A stretch of DNA of 59,283 nucleotides, filler included, from Jimgerdemannia flammicorona (lineage: Eukaryota): assembly GCA_003990765.1 (NCBI GenBank). It is 2 parts of 2 records of this genome, joined end to end, with 100 filler letters (N's around TTAATTAATTAA, not from the genome) between each part and the next. Parts side by side here need not be neighbours in the genome. Positions count along the whole stretch, not along the records: positions 1 to 29,606 come from RBNJ01000482.1; 1 more part is not named here. The stretch is one strand, 5' to 3'. A program made the position numbers and the translations under genes. Below are positions 1 to 12,877 of the stretch, piece by piece. Position 1 is the stretch's first letter. Every line of letters starts with the position of its first letter. Under the pieces are notes generated by a model, which was not told the DNA's origin, made no database searches, and saw nothing but the letters and a program-made list of their open reading frames with translations.

Positions 1-603
1 AAAAAAAGATGGTGGAGTATTCGAGTGTGAGGATTGTTTCAATGTTGGTCAGGAGGGAGGAGTGATATAAATGCCTGAACATTGGCTTGATGAATGCGAG
101 GTTTTGGGGGAGTTTTGGAGAGGTATTATGGACAGGGTAGGGCTGGGTGCCAGGGAGGGAGAGGAAGGAGGGAGATGGGGAGAGCTCCGCCAGTAGCTGG
201 TGGGTGGAGTTGGAGACAAATGGCTGACCCTTAGTTGGGCTTTGGCTATGTGGGTTGGACTGGCTGGGCATTGGGTTTATGTATTTGAGGAAGGACGCTG
301 GGTCAGGGTTGGTGACAAGATGGTCCAGTGGGAATGGTTGATGTTGGATATTTTAAATAGCTGGTGGCAGGGTTGGGGGATAGGTGGGGGGTACTGCAGG
401 GGTCTGGTGCAGCATATCATCCAGAAGAGTGGTGGGAGGGTTCGGGTAGTGGATAATTGGGTGGTGCTCGGGCAGGGGAAGGATAAGGGAGAGGGTTTGG
501 GCCCCTGGGGCATTGGTTGAGGATAGGGGTGATATTGTATTGTTTACATTATAGACTTCAGTAATAAAGAGCAGTCCAAGGGACTATAAAAAAAAAAAAA
601 AAA
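1..603 (+). mobile_element. 3' end of a non-LTR retrotransposon (L1/Tx1-like LINE) with poly(A) tail, inserted in gypsy pol
   Basis: A CCHC-type C-terminal motif (CEDCF...PEHWLDEC) lies at ~25-100. The 3' terminus 'ggtgatattgtat...gtaataaa...agtccaag(g/t)gactata(A)n' matches the reverse complement of the LINE end at 33453-33580. Poly(A) runs ~589-603. Confidence 0.85.
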
Positions 604-2999
604 GTACTTGCTATAGACTTCAGAGATATCTATAATCAAGAATCCAAGTACTACTATGAAGTTGATACTAGTGATACCAAGCCCATCTATCAGAAAGCCA
701 GACTCATACCACCTGCCTATAGAGAATGACTGTAAGCAGAACTCAAGAAAATAGAAGAAGCCAGTATCATCAAGCAAGCTATTAGCCCCTGGGCTTCACC
801 CATTGTCCTTGCCTCAAAGAAAGAAAGCAAGTCTGGAGAATTTGCTCTAAGTCTCTGTATTGATTACAAAAAGCTCAATACAATTACCAAGAAGAATAGG
901 CAGCTCTTACATATTTAAGAAATCCTTATCACCCTTAGAAGCAAAGCCAAATACTATACTATCTTGGATCTATTCTCAGACTTTTATCAGATTGGTCTCA
1001 CTCAAGAAGCCAGTGAGAAATTAGTCTTCATCATATCTGATACCACTTATATCTACCTATGAATACTATTTAGAATGTACAATACCCCAGTAAGTTTTTA
1101 GCAAATGATAAATAGAGTCTTCAGCAATAAAATTGGAAAATGGCTCTTTGTCTATATTCATGATGTGATCATCTTCAGCATCACTATATGAGATTATATC
1201 AACTATATACAGCTATCTCTCAAAAAGCTTAAGGAGTATAGCCTCTATATTAAGTCTAAGAAGTATAAGTTTGTAGCTCCTACCTAGGATACATATCAAT
1301 TAGACTGGAATTCACATAGATCCTATAAAGATTGAGACTGTCACAGCCTACCCAAGATCTAGAACAACTATAGAAGTCCATGCCTTCCTTAGACTAGCCT
1401 CTTACTATAGAAGATTCATCAAAGAATACTCCAATATTATAGCACCTATCTATGAGCTACTGAAGAAGAAGATCAAATTCAAATAGACCAAAGAATATCA
1501 AGAAACCTTCAATGAACTCAAGATCAGATTGACCCAAGCACCTATCCTCAGAAGCTCAGATTGAAACCTAGAGTTCATCCTACAGACAGATATAAGTGCT
1601 ATAGAACTTAGAGCAGTGCTAACTCAGAAGAAAGATGAATATAAATATGTCATCTCTTATATAAGCCAAGATATCTGTAGAGTAGAACAGAATTATAAGT
1701 CATGCAATCTTAAATATTTAACAGTAGTATGGATAGTAGACAAGTTCCACTACTATCTAGCTAAGAAATACTTCACTATTCAAACAGACTATTCTGCTCT
1801 TATCTGGCTATTCCACACTCTAAACCATAAAGAAATATATTCCAGATAGATCTACAGACTGTAAGAGTATAACTACACTGTCAAACACTACTCTGAAAGA
1901 ACCAATACTAATGCTGATGCACTTTCAAGAATACTCTGAAACACCCTCATTAAGACTATTCAACATGAATAAGAAGCTATACGATAGATTAATCAGCTAT
2001 TTTAGACAGTGAAAGATACTTAACTATATTGAACCCTGGACTATTACTATTATTAACCAGACTTAGAAACAATTTAAACTAGACAACACTATACTCAGAA
2101 AAGGAGGAAAACTTGTCATACCCAAATATAAGAAGTATCAAGTAATGAAGGAAGTATATGAACAAGGATACTTAAGAAGAACCAATACATATGATAAGGT
2201 AAGAAGAACTATGTGGTGGCCTAAGATGGAAGAAGACTTGTGCCAATTTGTCAAAGAGTATGACAAGTACCAAAAATAGAAATAAGACCAATAAGATCAG
2301 ACATCTGAGTCATCAAGAATTGAGTCCATCTCCTTCCACCACATCACAATAGATATCATTGGACCACTATCAATAACTCTATTAGGAAACCACTATATTA
2401 TAGTTATTATAGATCTTTTTACTAAATGAATAGAAGTAGGAGTATTACAAGAAGCCAATGCTCTCTTTATTACTAACTTCCTACACTGAGATATTATCTA
2501 CTACTATAAGATACTGAGACAAATTACTACAGACTACAGTATAGAATTTATCAACAGATTCTATGAGATAATATATCAAAAATACAAGATTCAGTATATA
2601 AAGACTACTGTATATCACTCTCAAGGAAATAAACAGATAGAAAGAATCAATAAGACTCTTAAGAACATTCTGACCAAGATCTCAGATATATATGAAAATT
2701 GGGATAACTATCTCTCAACTGCCCTCTCTATCTTACAAGACATATGGTCACAGAGTATACACTTTATCCTAAGAGAACTGCTCTTTAGAAAAGAAGATTC
2801 TGATAAACCTCAGCCACAAATCTAGATCTAACTTAGTAATAGATTGACTCAGAAATCCAGAGACTATATCAAATCAGAAAGAAGGCAGAAGATTATTTTA
2901 TTAAGTCATAAGTACTAATAAGAAAGAATGTAGACCCATTTAAATCAGAGAAAAGATTCTACTATATTGAAATATGGTAGAAGCCTTGTGGTTACAAAA
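604..2999 (+). pseudogene. Degenerate Ty3/gypsy pol (RT, RNase H, integrase)
   Basis: Translated motifs include SPWASPIVL (~784), CIDYKKLN (~857), LDLFSDFYQ (~964), VYIHDVIIF (mutated YxDD, ~1150) and FILQTD (RNase H, ~1575), followed by integrase Zn-finger and core remnants. There are many in-frame stops. Confidence 0.9.
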
Positions 3000-4498
3000 T
3001 GTAAGAGGGTTACTTTTTAGGGTAACTGTTATATAGTTCTGGAAGGGTTTTCTGGAAGTTCTGGATATTCTGGAAGACTATTTTCTTAAGGTCAAGTTCA
3101 ATTTCATATGGAGTATATCCTCTATACTTATTGATTTCAAGATTAGATTGATGTCTCAACTAAACTTCTTTTTCAGACTAGTTCTAGATGTTCAGAATTT
3201 TCTATATTTCAGAAAGTTTAAGAAACTAAGACCAGTTTAGTTGAATTGGTGTATTACTGCAGACAATACCCAATTAAAAAATTTCATGATGGGGTTAGGA
3301 GTGGGACCTAACAGGGAGTGGATTTACTTAAGAGTGGTTTGTGGGTTATTAAATAGATTTATTTGCTATTCATGATATTGCTATTCTAGAAGTAGTTGTG
3401 TGAAGGAATATTGTGGGAAAGTATTCAGGAATGTTCTGGTGTGTTTTTATCTTTAAGTCTGAGATTCTGAGGTCTGGGGGAGGGGGTATTTATACTAGTG
3501 AGGGGCTATCTGAACTATGCTGAATATGGATGTAGTACTTAGTGTCTTGCTGAGTTGGAATGCAGTCACATAGTACAAGTGTGATCTGATATATCAAGGG
3601 ATTGTCTGACTGCTGAGTCAGTTCACAGTCACATTGTATAAGGCCAATCTAACTATACTATGACTGCTAAGCTATTTATAGCTTTAGATACTATCTGGGT
3701 AGTCTTTGATGATATCTCTATTGATGACATCATCTCTGGCAAAGTTTGAGCAGTTTTCTGACTTCTGATATCATTAGTTTCCAAGGTGTTGTTACTTCTA
3801 TCTCTTGCAAGATTAGGACTATTTTTGGTAGCAATAGTTATACAAGGATAATAGGTCTTAGTTCTCTTTTTTTTTTGGACTTCTGGTGTATTTGCGAGGA
3901 CTGGCCATTCTTGTCTAGGATGAGGGCTCTTAATGTTATGGCTGAGGGTTTGAGCCTCTTAGAAATAATATTTTCTATAATTCAAGGTAATTTCTAATAG
4001 TAATATCTGTCATGTGGATGGCTTGAGATTGGTTTCAATGATGTTAGCTTTCTTGATTCAGATGAAGTATCCATCACTCTCTAATAATGGTGATACAGAT
4101 AGAGCAAATAGAGTTGTTCAAATGCATTTTGCTTCTACTAAGTAATGAGGTCTTATATAGTTATAGTGTATTTTGGTCTTGAGTTGATAAGTGCAGTTTA
4201 TGAACCTTTGATAGATGAGATAGAGTTCTTCTTATCTCAGTTTGAGTTTGGTACTTTTAGTTTTCTTTTATAATAGTACAGTATATCAAACTAGCTATAG
4301 AGGTTCAGAGTCAGTCTTATAGTTATAGTACTTCTTCTGGTATTCTTGTATCTTGGCAGTAGGTTCTTGTGCTTGCTGGTATATTTTGTGTAACCAGATG
4401 ATCTCTTCAGTAACTTGTTTTGTAGTCTCACATGTGGTTTCCAAATTGGTTCTGAGGATGACATGTGATTTTGGTGACTTAGAGATTGTGCACTTACA
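3000..4498 (-). repeat. 3' LTR of family A element
   Basis: Begins tgtaagaggg and ends cacttaca (TG...CA). It is a direct repeat of 7891-9391. Confidence 0.92.
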
Positions 4499-4899
4499 AC
4501 TCTTCCCTTTTTAGCTTTCAATGTCCTTGTTGAGACCTTCTAATTTGATCTAGTGTTGTTGTACTATTTGGATGGTTCTTGTGGCTGTATTTGTTAAGGA
4601 TTTGTTCAACTTTGTATTCTTCTAGGTCATTAATAATGACAGGTGCAGGTGATTTTGTAGTTTGGTTTAGAAATATATCTCAGACTTTCTAGGACAAGAG
4701 TCTAACATAGCTGTCAACTTTGGAAAAGTCTTCTTCAGAGTTCTCAGGTTCTTCTTTGGATGGGCAGATGGAGATAGCAAAGAGAGGACATTTCTTAGCC
4801 AATTTCTTGAGTTGTAACTTGTTGATGTGGGTGATCTTTGGTCTAGAGTCACTAGAGCTGAGTGGGTTCTTTTTGCCTTGTAGTTTGAAGTTGTAGTGT

Positions 4900-5250
4900 C
4901 CTTTCTTGATGGTCAGAGAATGGTTTATCCAATCGATCCTGAGGTTCTCTTGTTTCAATCATGGGGTTCCAAGAATAATTTCATTGTCAGGAAGTGGTAC
5001 AATCTGGAGGATAACATATACTCAATAGTTACTAATTTGGAAGGGCAGGTTGCAGACTTCCTTGCTAATGATATGTGAGGTTCCATCAGCTATAGCAACT
5101 GCTTGAGTTTATTGTATCAGAGAGGTAAAGATCTTGAGTCTGTTGGCTGTTTCTTCATTAATAAAGTTGTCTAAGGCACTACTGTCTATCATAATCTTGA
5201 CAGGTGCTCAGTTGACAAAAGCTTGAAGTGTAAGTAATTTGTCTGATCCA
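4900..5250 (-). pseudogene. Retropepsin (aspartic protease) domain of family A
   Basis: The minus strand reads VKIMIDSSALDNFIN (decayed D-S-G-A active site), followed by an IILGTPW-like C-terminal motif. Confidence 0.75.
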
Positions 5251-5456
5251 ATGGTGGTAATTTCAGTTATAGGAGCTTTCCTTCTGTTGGTTCTTCTTTG
5301 AGCCAGTTCATTGATATAAGAGAAGCAATCATTGATTATTTGAGAAGAGTACATTCTAATACTATGAGGGCATCAGCCACTTGGTACATATCCATTTTTA
5401 ATTTTCTTATAAAATTGTTCTTCTTTGTTCATGGTAGGTTGGGCTGGGGCCTTGTT

Positions 5457-5865
5457 TGATATGCCAAACCCTTTGGATCCTCAGATGGTAGGCAGTAGTT
5501 CAGAGACTTCTTTGACTGTCAGAGTTGTTTCAATTTTCTCAAATAGGATCTAGATAATACAGAAATCAATGGGGATCTTAAAGAGTGTCCAACTATGGTT
5601 TCAGATGAGGATAATAATTTTGCCTGTATAATCTTCATCAATGACTCCTCCTTTTACTGAGAGTCCTTTCAATGTTAAGCTGCTGTGATAGTATATTTTT
5701 CCAATATATCCTTCAGGGATTTGGATGCTGATTCCTGTATAGACTTGCTTGACTTCTCAGTTGGAAACTGTAGCTTCTTCAGCTGCATACAGGTCATATC
5801 CAGCTGCCTTTTGACTTTCTTTGCTTGGGGTCTTGGCAGTTTGTCTTAACTTGATAAAATCCAGT
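5457..5865 (-). pseudogene. Trimeric-type dUTPase domain of family A
   Basis: The minus strand reads AAGYDLYA (motif I), GKIY..SSL (II), GGVIDEDYTG (III) and *GSKGFG (V), with a few stops. Confidence 0.9.
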
Positions 5866-5939
5866 GTTCTGGTGGTCAGGTTTTTGAGGTGATGCAGAGT
5901 AGTAATAGTTGCTCATATTGCTGTTCAGGGTTTTCGGTT

Positions 5940-6928
5940 GGGGCAGACACCGGCCATGTGTCCTGTCTTTCAGCAATAGAAGCATACTCTACTTCTTCAA
6001 AGTTCATTTCTTTCTCCTTCAGTGAGTTTCTTGAAGGTACTCAGCTAAGTGGGTTCATGATTTCTGGGTATCCATGAGGTGGATATTGAGGGAGCTCAGG
6101 ATGCTTCATGCTTGGGTTCTTTTTTCTTAGTCCAAGTCTTTTTCTTATTGTTGAATTGTCTTCAGGACAGAATTGGTCCAGCTGTTAGGATTCACTTGAC
6201 CATAGTCTTAATTCTTGCTAAGTACCAGTATTGGTGATCACAACTAACTGGGCATCCTTGTTCTCAGATCTTTCTTGTAAGCCATTCAGGTAGTGCATCA
6301 AATAGATGGTCTGCTCTTGTACCATTTTGTACTTCATCATTAGTAATATATCCTAGATCAACAGTGTTCAAGAGTGACTTGAGTTTTGTATGGAAAGTTT
6401 TGAATTCTTCCTTGCCATATACATCAAATTTGAGTTGCAGAGTTTTACTCAATATTTGGCAATTATAGTTTTGCTGCAGTATTGAGCAATCATGAGTTGT
6501 TTCAGTCTAGGGACTGCAGGATGGGCTTTATATCCTGGGGCATTGTTTGCTACATTCTGAGTAACTACTGCAGGTCAGGTGTCCCATGTGAGGGGTTTTT
6601 CAGAAAGGGTTCACCACCATTCTTTGGTAGGTCCTCAGAAGAATGTAACAACTTGGTGGATATAGGCTGTAGTTATAGTGAAGAGTTGTTCCAGAGTGTG
6701 GTCTTGATTATTTGTCAGAAGGCAATCAGCAACTCGCTCATTGGTCTATTGATTGGCTTCAAAGTTGATATCAACTATACTAATGAAGTTTTGGACTTCT
6801 TGTACAGTACTATTGAAGGTAGGTAGGCTCAGATTTTTGGTAGGTTGGGTCTGTTCAGCTAAGGCAGTAATAGTTGCTGCCATTATTGCTATCTGGGCTG
6901 TAAGGTCTAGAATCTGTTGGTTTGCCAT
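5940..6928 (-). pseudogene. gag of family A with CCHC zinc knuckle
   Basis: Starts MANQQILDLTAQ...LPTFNST (capsid N-terminal-like). A knuckle CFYC*KTGHMAGVC lies at ~5944-5985. Confidence 0.75.
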
Positions 6929-7890
6929 ATTGTTTGCTAGAGGCAGTTGGACTGCTAATAGTAATATTACTGGTACTACTTGAGGTACTAGTACAGAGTG
7001 TGATAGAGTTCTATGAGTCTATGTAAGTTGCTGGAGTAATAGTTATAGATCTGGAGTGAGGGCTTGATAGATAGCTATCTGTTGCTATGTAGGTGTATTC
7101 TGTCCTGATAGAGGTACATCTTCTTCTATAGTATATCCAGAATTGAATTCACTGAGATACTCCTTCTCCTCTTTGGCTTGATCTCTGTGTAGTTGAGTTT
7201 GCTCAGTATTAAAGTAGATAGAATTAGTTATATATCTGATTTCAGAAGGACTTAATTCAAAGTCAAGTTCTGGTTCAGTATTGGTTTCAGTTCAGGTAGA
7301 GCTATAGCAGGGCCTGCTTCTGGTTCAGGGTCAGATTGTTGATGAAGGGTTTCTCTTACTTCTTCCTTAAGAATATGGTGGGCCTTGCTGTTCTAGAAAC
7401 AGTAATATAATGCAGTCTTGGTCCTAGTATGGTGAAAGTTGGTAGAGTTGAGCCACTTGGCTACAGAGGCTTGGGCTTTATGAGGAACTAAGACTAGAAA
7501 GACTGCTGATTATTGTCCTAGATCACTCAGATTCATGAAGCTGACAAAACTCTTATTGAGAAGAGTAAAGAAGACTTCTATAAGACCTTCTTCATCTTGA
7601 CTTACTGGGTGTAGTGCAAGAAGTTCAGTGTATAGGGTTTCACCTATCTGTTGATTTAACTGGAGTATTTCTTTCTTTGAATGAAGTTTGTTCCACTTAT
7701 TGCAAATATAGAGGTCAAATTGTCCTTATATATCAGGTTCAATTCTCTCCAGATTGTTAGATAGTTCAGGATAAATTCCAGTTCAGAGGTTAGGCTTTAT
7801 ACCAACTTGTAGGAATTCTCAGAGGGGTTTTGTAGTAGGGTGAGGAAGTATCTTGAAGCAGAATTGGATTATAAACTACTGCTACTAAGT

Positions 7891-9391
7891 TGTAAGAGGG
7901 TTACTTTTTAGAATAACTGTTATATAGTTCTGAAAGGGTTTTCTGAAAGTTCTGGATATTCTGAAAGACTGTTTTCTTAAGGTCAAGATCAATTTTGTAT
8001 AGAGTATGTCCTCTATGCTTATTAATTTCAAGATTGGGTTGATATCTCAACCAAAGTCCTTTTTCGGACTAGTTCTAGATATTCCAAATTTTCCATATTT
8101 CAGAAAGTTCAAGAAACTAAGACCAGCTTAGTTGAATTGGTGTATTGCTGCAGACAATACCCAATTAGGAAATTTCGTAATGGAGTTAGAAGTGGGACCT
8201 AACAGAGAGTAGATTTACTTAAGAGTAGTTTGTGGGTTATTAAATAGGTTTATTTGCTATTCATGATATTGCTATTCTAGGAGTAGTTGTATAAAGGGAT
8301 ATTGTGGAGAAGTATTCAGGAATGTTCTGGTGTATTTTTATCTTTAAGTCTGAGATTCTGAGATCTGGAGAGAGGGGGTATTTATACTAGTGAGGGGCTA
8401 TCTGGACTATACTGAATATGGATATAATACTTAGTGCCTTGCTGAGTTAGAATGCAGTCATGTAGTACAAGTGTGATCTGATATATCAAAGAATTGTCTA
8501 ACTGCTGAGTCAGTTCACAGTCACATAATATAAGGCCAATCTAACTATACTATAACTACTAAGCTATTTATAGCTTTAGACACTATCTGGGTAGTCTTTG
8601 ATGACATCACTATTGATGACATCATCTCTGACAAAGTCTGAGCAGTTTTCTGACTTCTGACATCATCAGTTTCCAAGATGTCATTACTTCTATCTCTTGT
8701 AAGATTAAGACTGTTCTTGGTGGTGGTGGTTGTACAAAGATAACAGGTCTTAGTTCTCTTTTTTTTTTGAACTTCTGGTGTATTTGTGAGGACTGGCCAT
8801 CCTTGTCTAGGGTGAAGGCTCCCAATGTCATGGCTGGGGGTTCAAATCTCTTAGAAATACTATTTTCTATAATCTGAGGCAATTTCTAGTAGTAATATCT
8901 ATTACATAGATGGCTTGAGATTGGTTTCGATGATGTCAGCTTTCTTAAGTTCAGATGAAGTGTCCATCACTCTCTAACAGAGGTGACACAGATAGAGTGA
9001 ACAGAGTTATTCAAATATATTTTGCTTCTACTAAGTAATGAGGTCTTGTATAGTTGTAGTATATTTTGGTCTTGAGTTGATAAGTACAGTTCATAAACCT
9101 TTGATAGATGAGATAGGGTTCTTCTTGTCTTAGTTTGAGTTTGGTACTTTCAGTTTCCTTTTGTAATAATACAGTATACCAAACTAGCTATAGAGGTTCA
9201 GAGTCAGTCTTATGGTTGTAGTACTTCTTCTGGTATTCTTGTGTCTTGGTGGTAGGTTCTCATGCTTGCTGGCATATTTTGTATAACCAGATAATCTCTT
9301 CAGTAACTTGTTTTGTAGTCTTGCATATAGTTTTCAAATTGGTTCTGAGGATGACATGTGATTTTGGTAACTTGGAGATTGTGTGCTTATA
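7891..9391 (-). repeat. 5' LTR of family A element
   Basis: Begins tgtaagaggg, ends tgcttata (decayed ...ca) and is followed by the TSD caaaa. Confidence 0.92.
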
Positions 9392-9396
9392 CAAAA

Positions 9397-10779
9397 ACTG
9401 GAGCCCAAATAGGAAGAACTCTTCTATATATAAGTTATCAAAGAAACTACCTTCTGACTTTGAAAACTCTCAAGGACCATATTACCTACTACAGTATATA
9501 GGAATAGACTCAAGAAGTACTATGAACCTATATAAGAGAAATAAAATGTAATAACTGCCCATGAGGTTCTAATCTGCAAATCATAATAGTATGTCTTGTG
9601 ACTAGCAAGCAATCTGTCTGGACCATTCTCTAAGAGATATAGTACCAAAAACTACTCATCTATAAGACTTTTGAAGTCAGAGAAGTTCAAACCATCAACT
9701 GATTGGTTAAGATCAAAATCAGGCCTTTGCTCTATATGAAGAGAGCAACCCTTCACCATTATACCAAAATATATAAGAAAGATGCTAACTCATAAATACT
9801 ACTTTTTGATCCCCTGCTAGAGATTATAGGATCAGCAAATTTTTTAGACTAGATCAATGAACAAGAATGTTTAAGAGAAGATTCTTATTCAGAAAGAAGA
9901 TATAACAGTAACCTCAGAATAGTGATATCATCACAGAAGATAGCCTTTCCTTACAAGCCACCAGATCAGAGTATAAGAAGATTATACAATATAACTCACC
10001 CAGGCTACAAGATGAGCAATGATAACTGACCATGAGTCATCATAACTATAAGATAGATATCTCAAGGAATATAAAAGAAGAACTAAGAAATCATAACAGC
10101 AGTAACTCAAACAAGATTCACAAAATCCCAAAATAGTTCAAAGACTCACTATAAACAAAATACCTGCTGTCCACTAAACCTTAAGGTCCAGAAACCACCA
10201 AGGCTTCTTAGTTCAAAAAAGAATATTCTAAGATATCAGGAGAGCTATGAGGACCTATAATAGAAGGACTTCTAGCCTCAATCTGGATACTGGTGACCCC
10301 TATCACTTTATCCTCTACTACTATAAAATGGAAACAAGAATCACTATCACTATTGAATACCTCTGAATATAGTAGGAATACAAAATAAGAAATCTTCTCT
10401 ACTAGGAATTCTCTTAGACCAGTTCCAAAGAGATACAAAATACTACTCTTATAGATATATACAAATTGAGGGTAGCCAAAAAGATCCATTAGGTCTTCAG
10501 ACATATACCTTGGTCAATTCCCAACTTAGAGTATATCAGAGTCTCAGACTTCAAGGAATTATTAGTCTGTCATACAGATGCACTAGAGGTCATAGTGGCC
10601 ACTGAAGCCTAATCTACCATTACTCTCAAAAGTAGTAAGGTAGAAGAGTTCTAGAATTCCATCCTTGAGGACAACTCAGATCAATTCCTATAAGGATTAA
10701 TCTCAGTATTTCAAGGCCCCAGTATCCAGGTTCAACTCTCTCAAGATCCCACCTTTGTTCTCTATTTTATGGAGGAAAA
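9397..10779 (+). mobile_element. Continuation of the host gypsy element: integrase C-terminus, ~1.3 kb extra region and PPT
   Basis: LEPK(W)E..Y resumes after the TSD. A purine tract ggaggaaaa (10771-10779) lies just before the LTR. Confidence 0.7.
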
Positions 10780-11521
10780 TGTCATAGATTAGAGAACCTC
10801 TGATCTTCTTGCTTCCCCCACTACTGCCAAATATGATGATGTCATCAGTGATGACATCATCCCACTGATTGATATATGTGAAACATATGATATATATAAA
10901 ATATATAAAATAGATAAAATATTCACTGACCTCATTTCCTTCAAAGACATCCTGTCCCCAACCTCTAGCCTTGATGAAAGTGATAAAGCTGAAGTTCTCA
11001 GGATTCTAAACATTCTGCTCTGAGTTCTTTATATAACTGTTGAAAATTCTTCTGGTATTCTGATCTTATATAACTGTCAGAAATTATTCCAGCATTCTGA
11101 TCTTATATAACCAATTGTACAGACACTTGAATTTGTACTTACAACCAAAGTTTTCTGTGTTCAAGTATCTCATTTTTTGGTTATTGGAATTTATATTTAG
11201 TTTTATAACTTAGCAACCATTGAATTATATTTTGTATAAATACCCCTCTCATTTCTTTTGAAATAAAGTCAGTAGTTAAGTATTCAAACACTTCAAGTCC
11301 CCAACTACTCAAGAGCACAGAAGTTCCAGTCCTCTACTCAATTCCAAGCAAGTAAATCTAGGAGACAACAGAACAGTTTAAAGATAAGAAGTTTGAGGAC
11401 TATAAGACCTTGGGAAGGCACTCCAATAGAGCTTACTTATAATAAACTTGTAGTTGGTCTAAGAGATACACCTTGAAGAGAATCTGATGTACTTGGAGAA
11501 CTTAGTGCCCACTACGTGACA
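10780..11521 (+). repeat. Probable 3' LTR of the host gypsy element (742 bp)
   Basis: Inverted termini tgtca...tgaca. It follows the PPT and contains ~36-bp internal repeats (11030-11110) and AATAAA. The CpG-poor zone ends at its right edge. The partner LTR is not in the window. Confidence 0.7.
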
Positions 11522-12635
11522 ACATATATCTGTGACGCAGTTACCTATCACAAACAGAGGCGAGAAATCACGACTCTGGCCTCCGTCCCAGAACGACACC
11601 TACTTCGCGTAGAGTTTTAAAAACGGTATCGTCAAAACAGATTGCTGGCGTCATCGGTGATTTATGTGATTATATTACCGTTCTGGCTAAGTACTACGGT
11701 AAATAATGTCGAGTTTTTAAAGGCACCCATTTTCTGGCACTCTGCGTGTTGCCTTTATAAAAATATTAAACTCCACAATCCACTGACTTCATCATTTGGC
11801 GTCTTTTTTACAATTATATACACTTATAATGGTGCTTCCAAATGTATTTTACATTGACATTATGGATCTGAGACGACATTGGGGTTCGGAGTACAAATTC
11901 AAAAATAGTTTTTATTATCAATGCAAGTTGTAAGCAAGATCGATTGAAATTATTATAATTTACGTCGAACTGACGTGAAGGTTAAATAGCATGTTACCTC
12001 GCAAATCGGGGTGCTCGACGACAAAACGCGTAGGGATGCGAATGTGTTCCTACTTATCTTACTAAATTGTTTGTTGAGTGCAAGTTAAATATTTTGGGAT
12101 TGTATCCGTAGAGTATCAGGATCCTCAAGTCCGAAAGACAAGCAACGTGCACCTTCCACGCTTCTGACATATTACTTCTCAGATGAATGATCCGGACCAA
12201 ATAGCCATCAATTGTTTAGGTGGTAGATGAAAGTAAATGTGACCAAGGAATTCTTCAGCGGCAACACGGGTGTGGACTTACATCCAAAGTGACAATGACG
12301 TGTGCCGCGGACGATGCCGTGTGTCATGGGACGCGATCTAGGCCGTCATTGACGGGAAGGCCCTAAAAATATTTCAGGTATACACTGTGATTATATAACG
12401 TTCGGCTAGCTTATTACCACAGCACTGTTGGGGCAACAACGTCCGAGGGAATATATGAACTTAGCATGTTTCGTTAAAAAAATGAGCTCAATTCATACAG
12501 ATAGACAAATGACTATAACTATTCCAAATTCTTAGCAAATAATAATTTCCGCAGAGTTTTGTGCGTTTTGCAGCCGTTCCGACAGAATGTCTGCATTATC
12601 AGCAAAATTTTAAATAGCAGCTAATTAGAGCACAA

Positions 12636-12682
12636 TTTTTTTTTTTTTTTAATATTTAAAAATTAAAAAAAAGAAAAAAAAA

Positions 12683-12721
<39 letters not shown>

Positions 12722-12800
12722 AAAAATAAAAATAAAAATAAAACGGTTTGGAATGATAGAAAAATAAGTAAATAAAATAAAATAAAATAGAAATAAAAGG
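12636..12800. repeat. Poly(T)/poly(A) tracts and (AAAAT)n microsatellite downstream of the BTB gene
   Basis: Seen directly in the sequence. Confidence 0.9.
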
Positions 12801-12877
12801 TAAATTTTATCAGATATCAGAAATGCTTTATGCAAACAAATCCATCAATACATGCCAAACAGTAAGGAATGAAGAAA

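Larger units (their letters stand above)
3000..9391 (-). mobile_element. Non-autonomous LTR retroelement, family A (LTR-gag-dUTPase-protease-LTR), nested in the gypsy integrase
   Basis: Two ~1.5-kb direct LTRs. A 5-bp TSD CAAAA lies at 2995-2999 and 9392-9396; removing the element restores the host integrase motif ...QKLEPK(W)E. On the minus strand there is a PPT (aaaaagggaagagt, 4499-4512) and a PBS-like tagtagcag just inside the 5' LTR. Confidence 0.9.
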
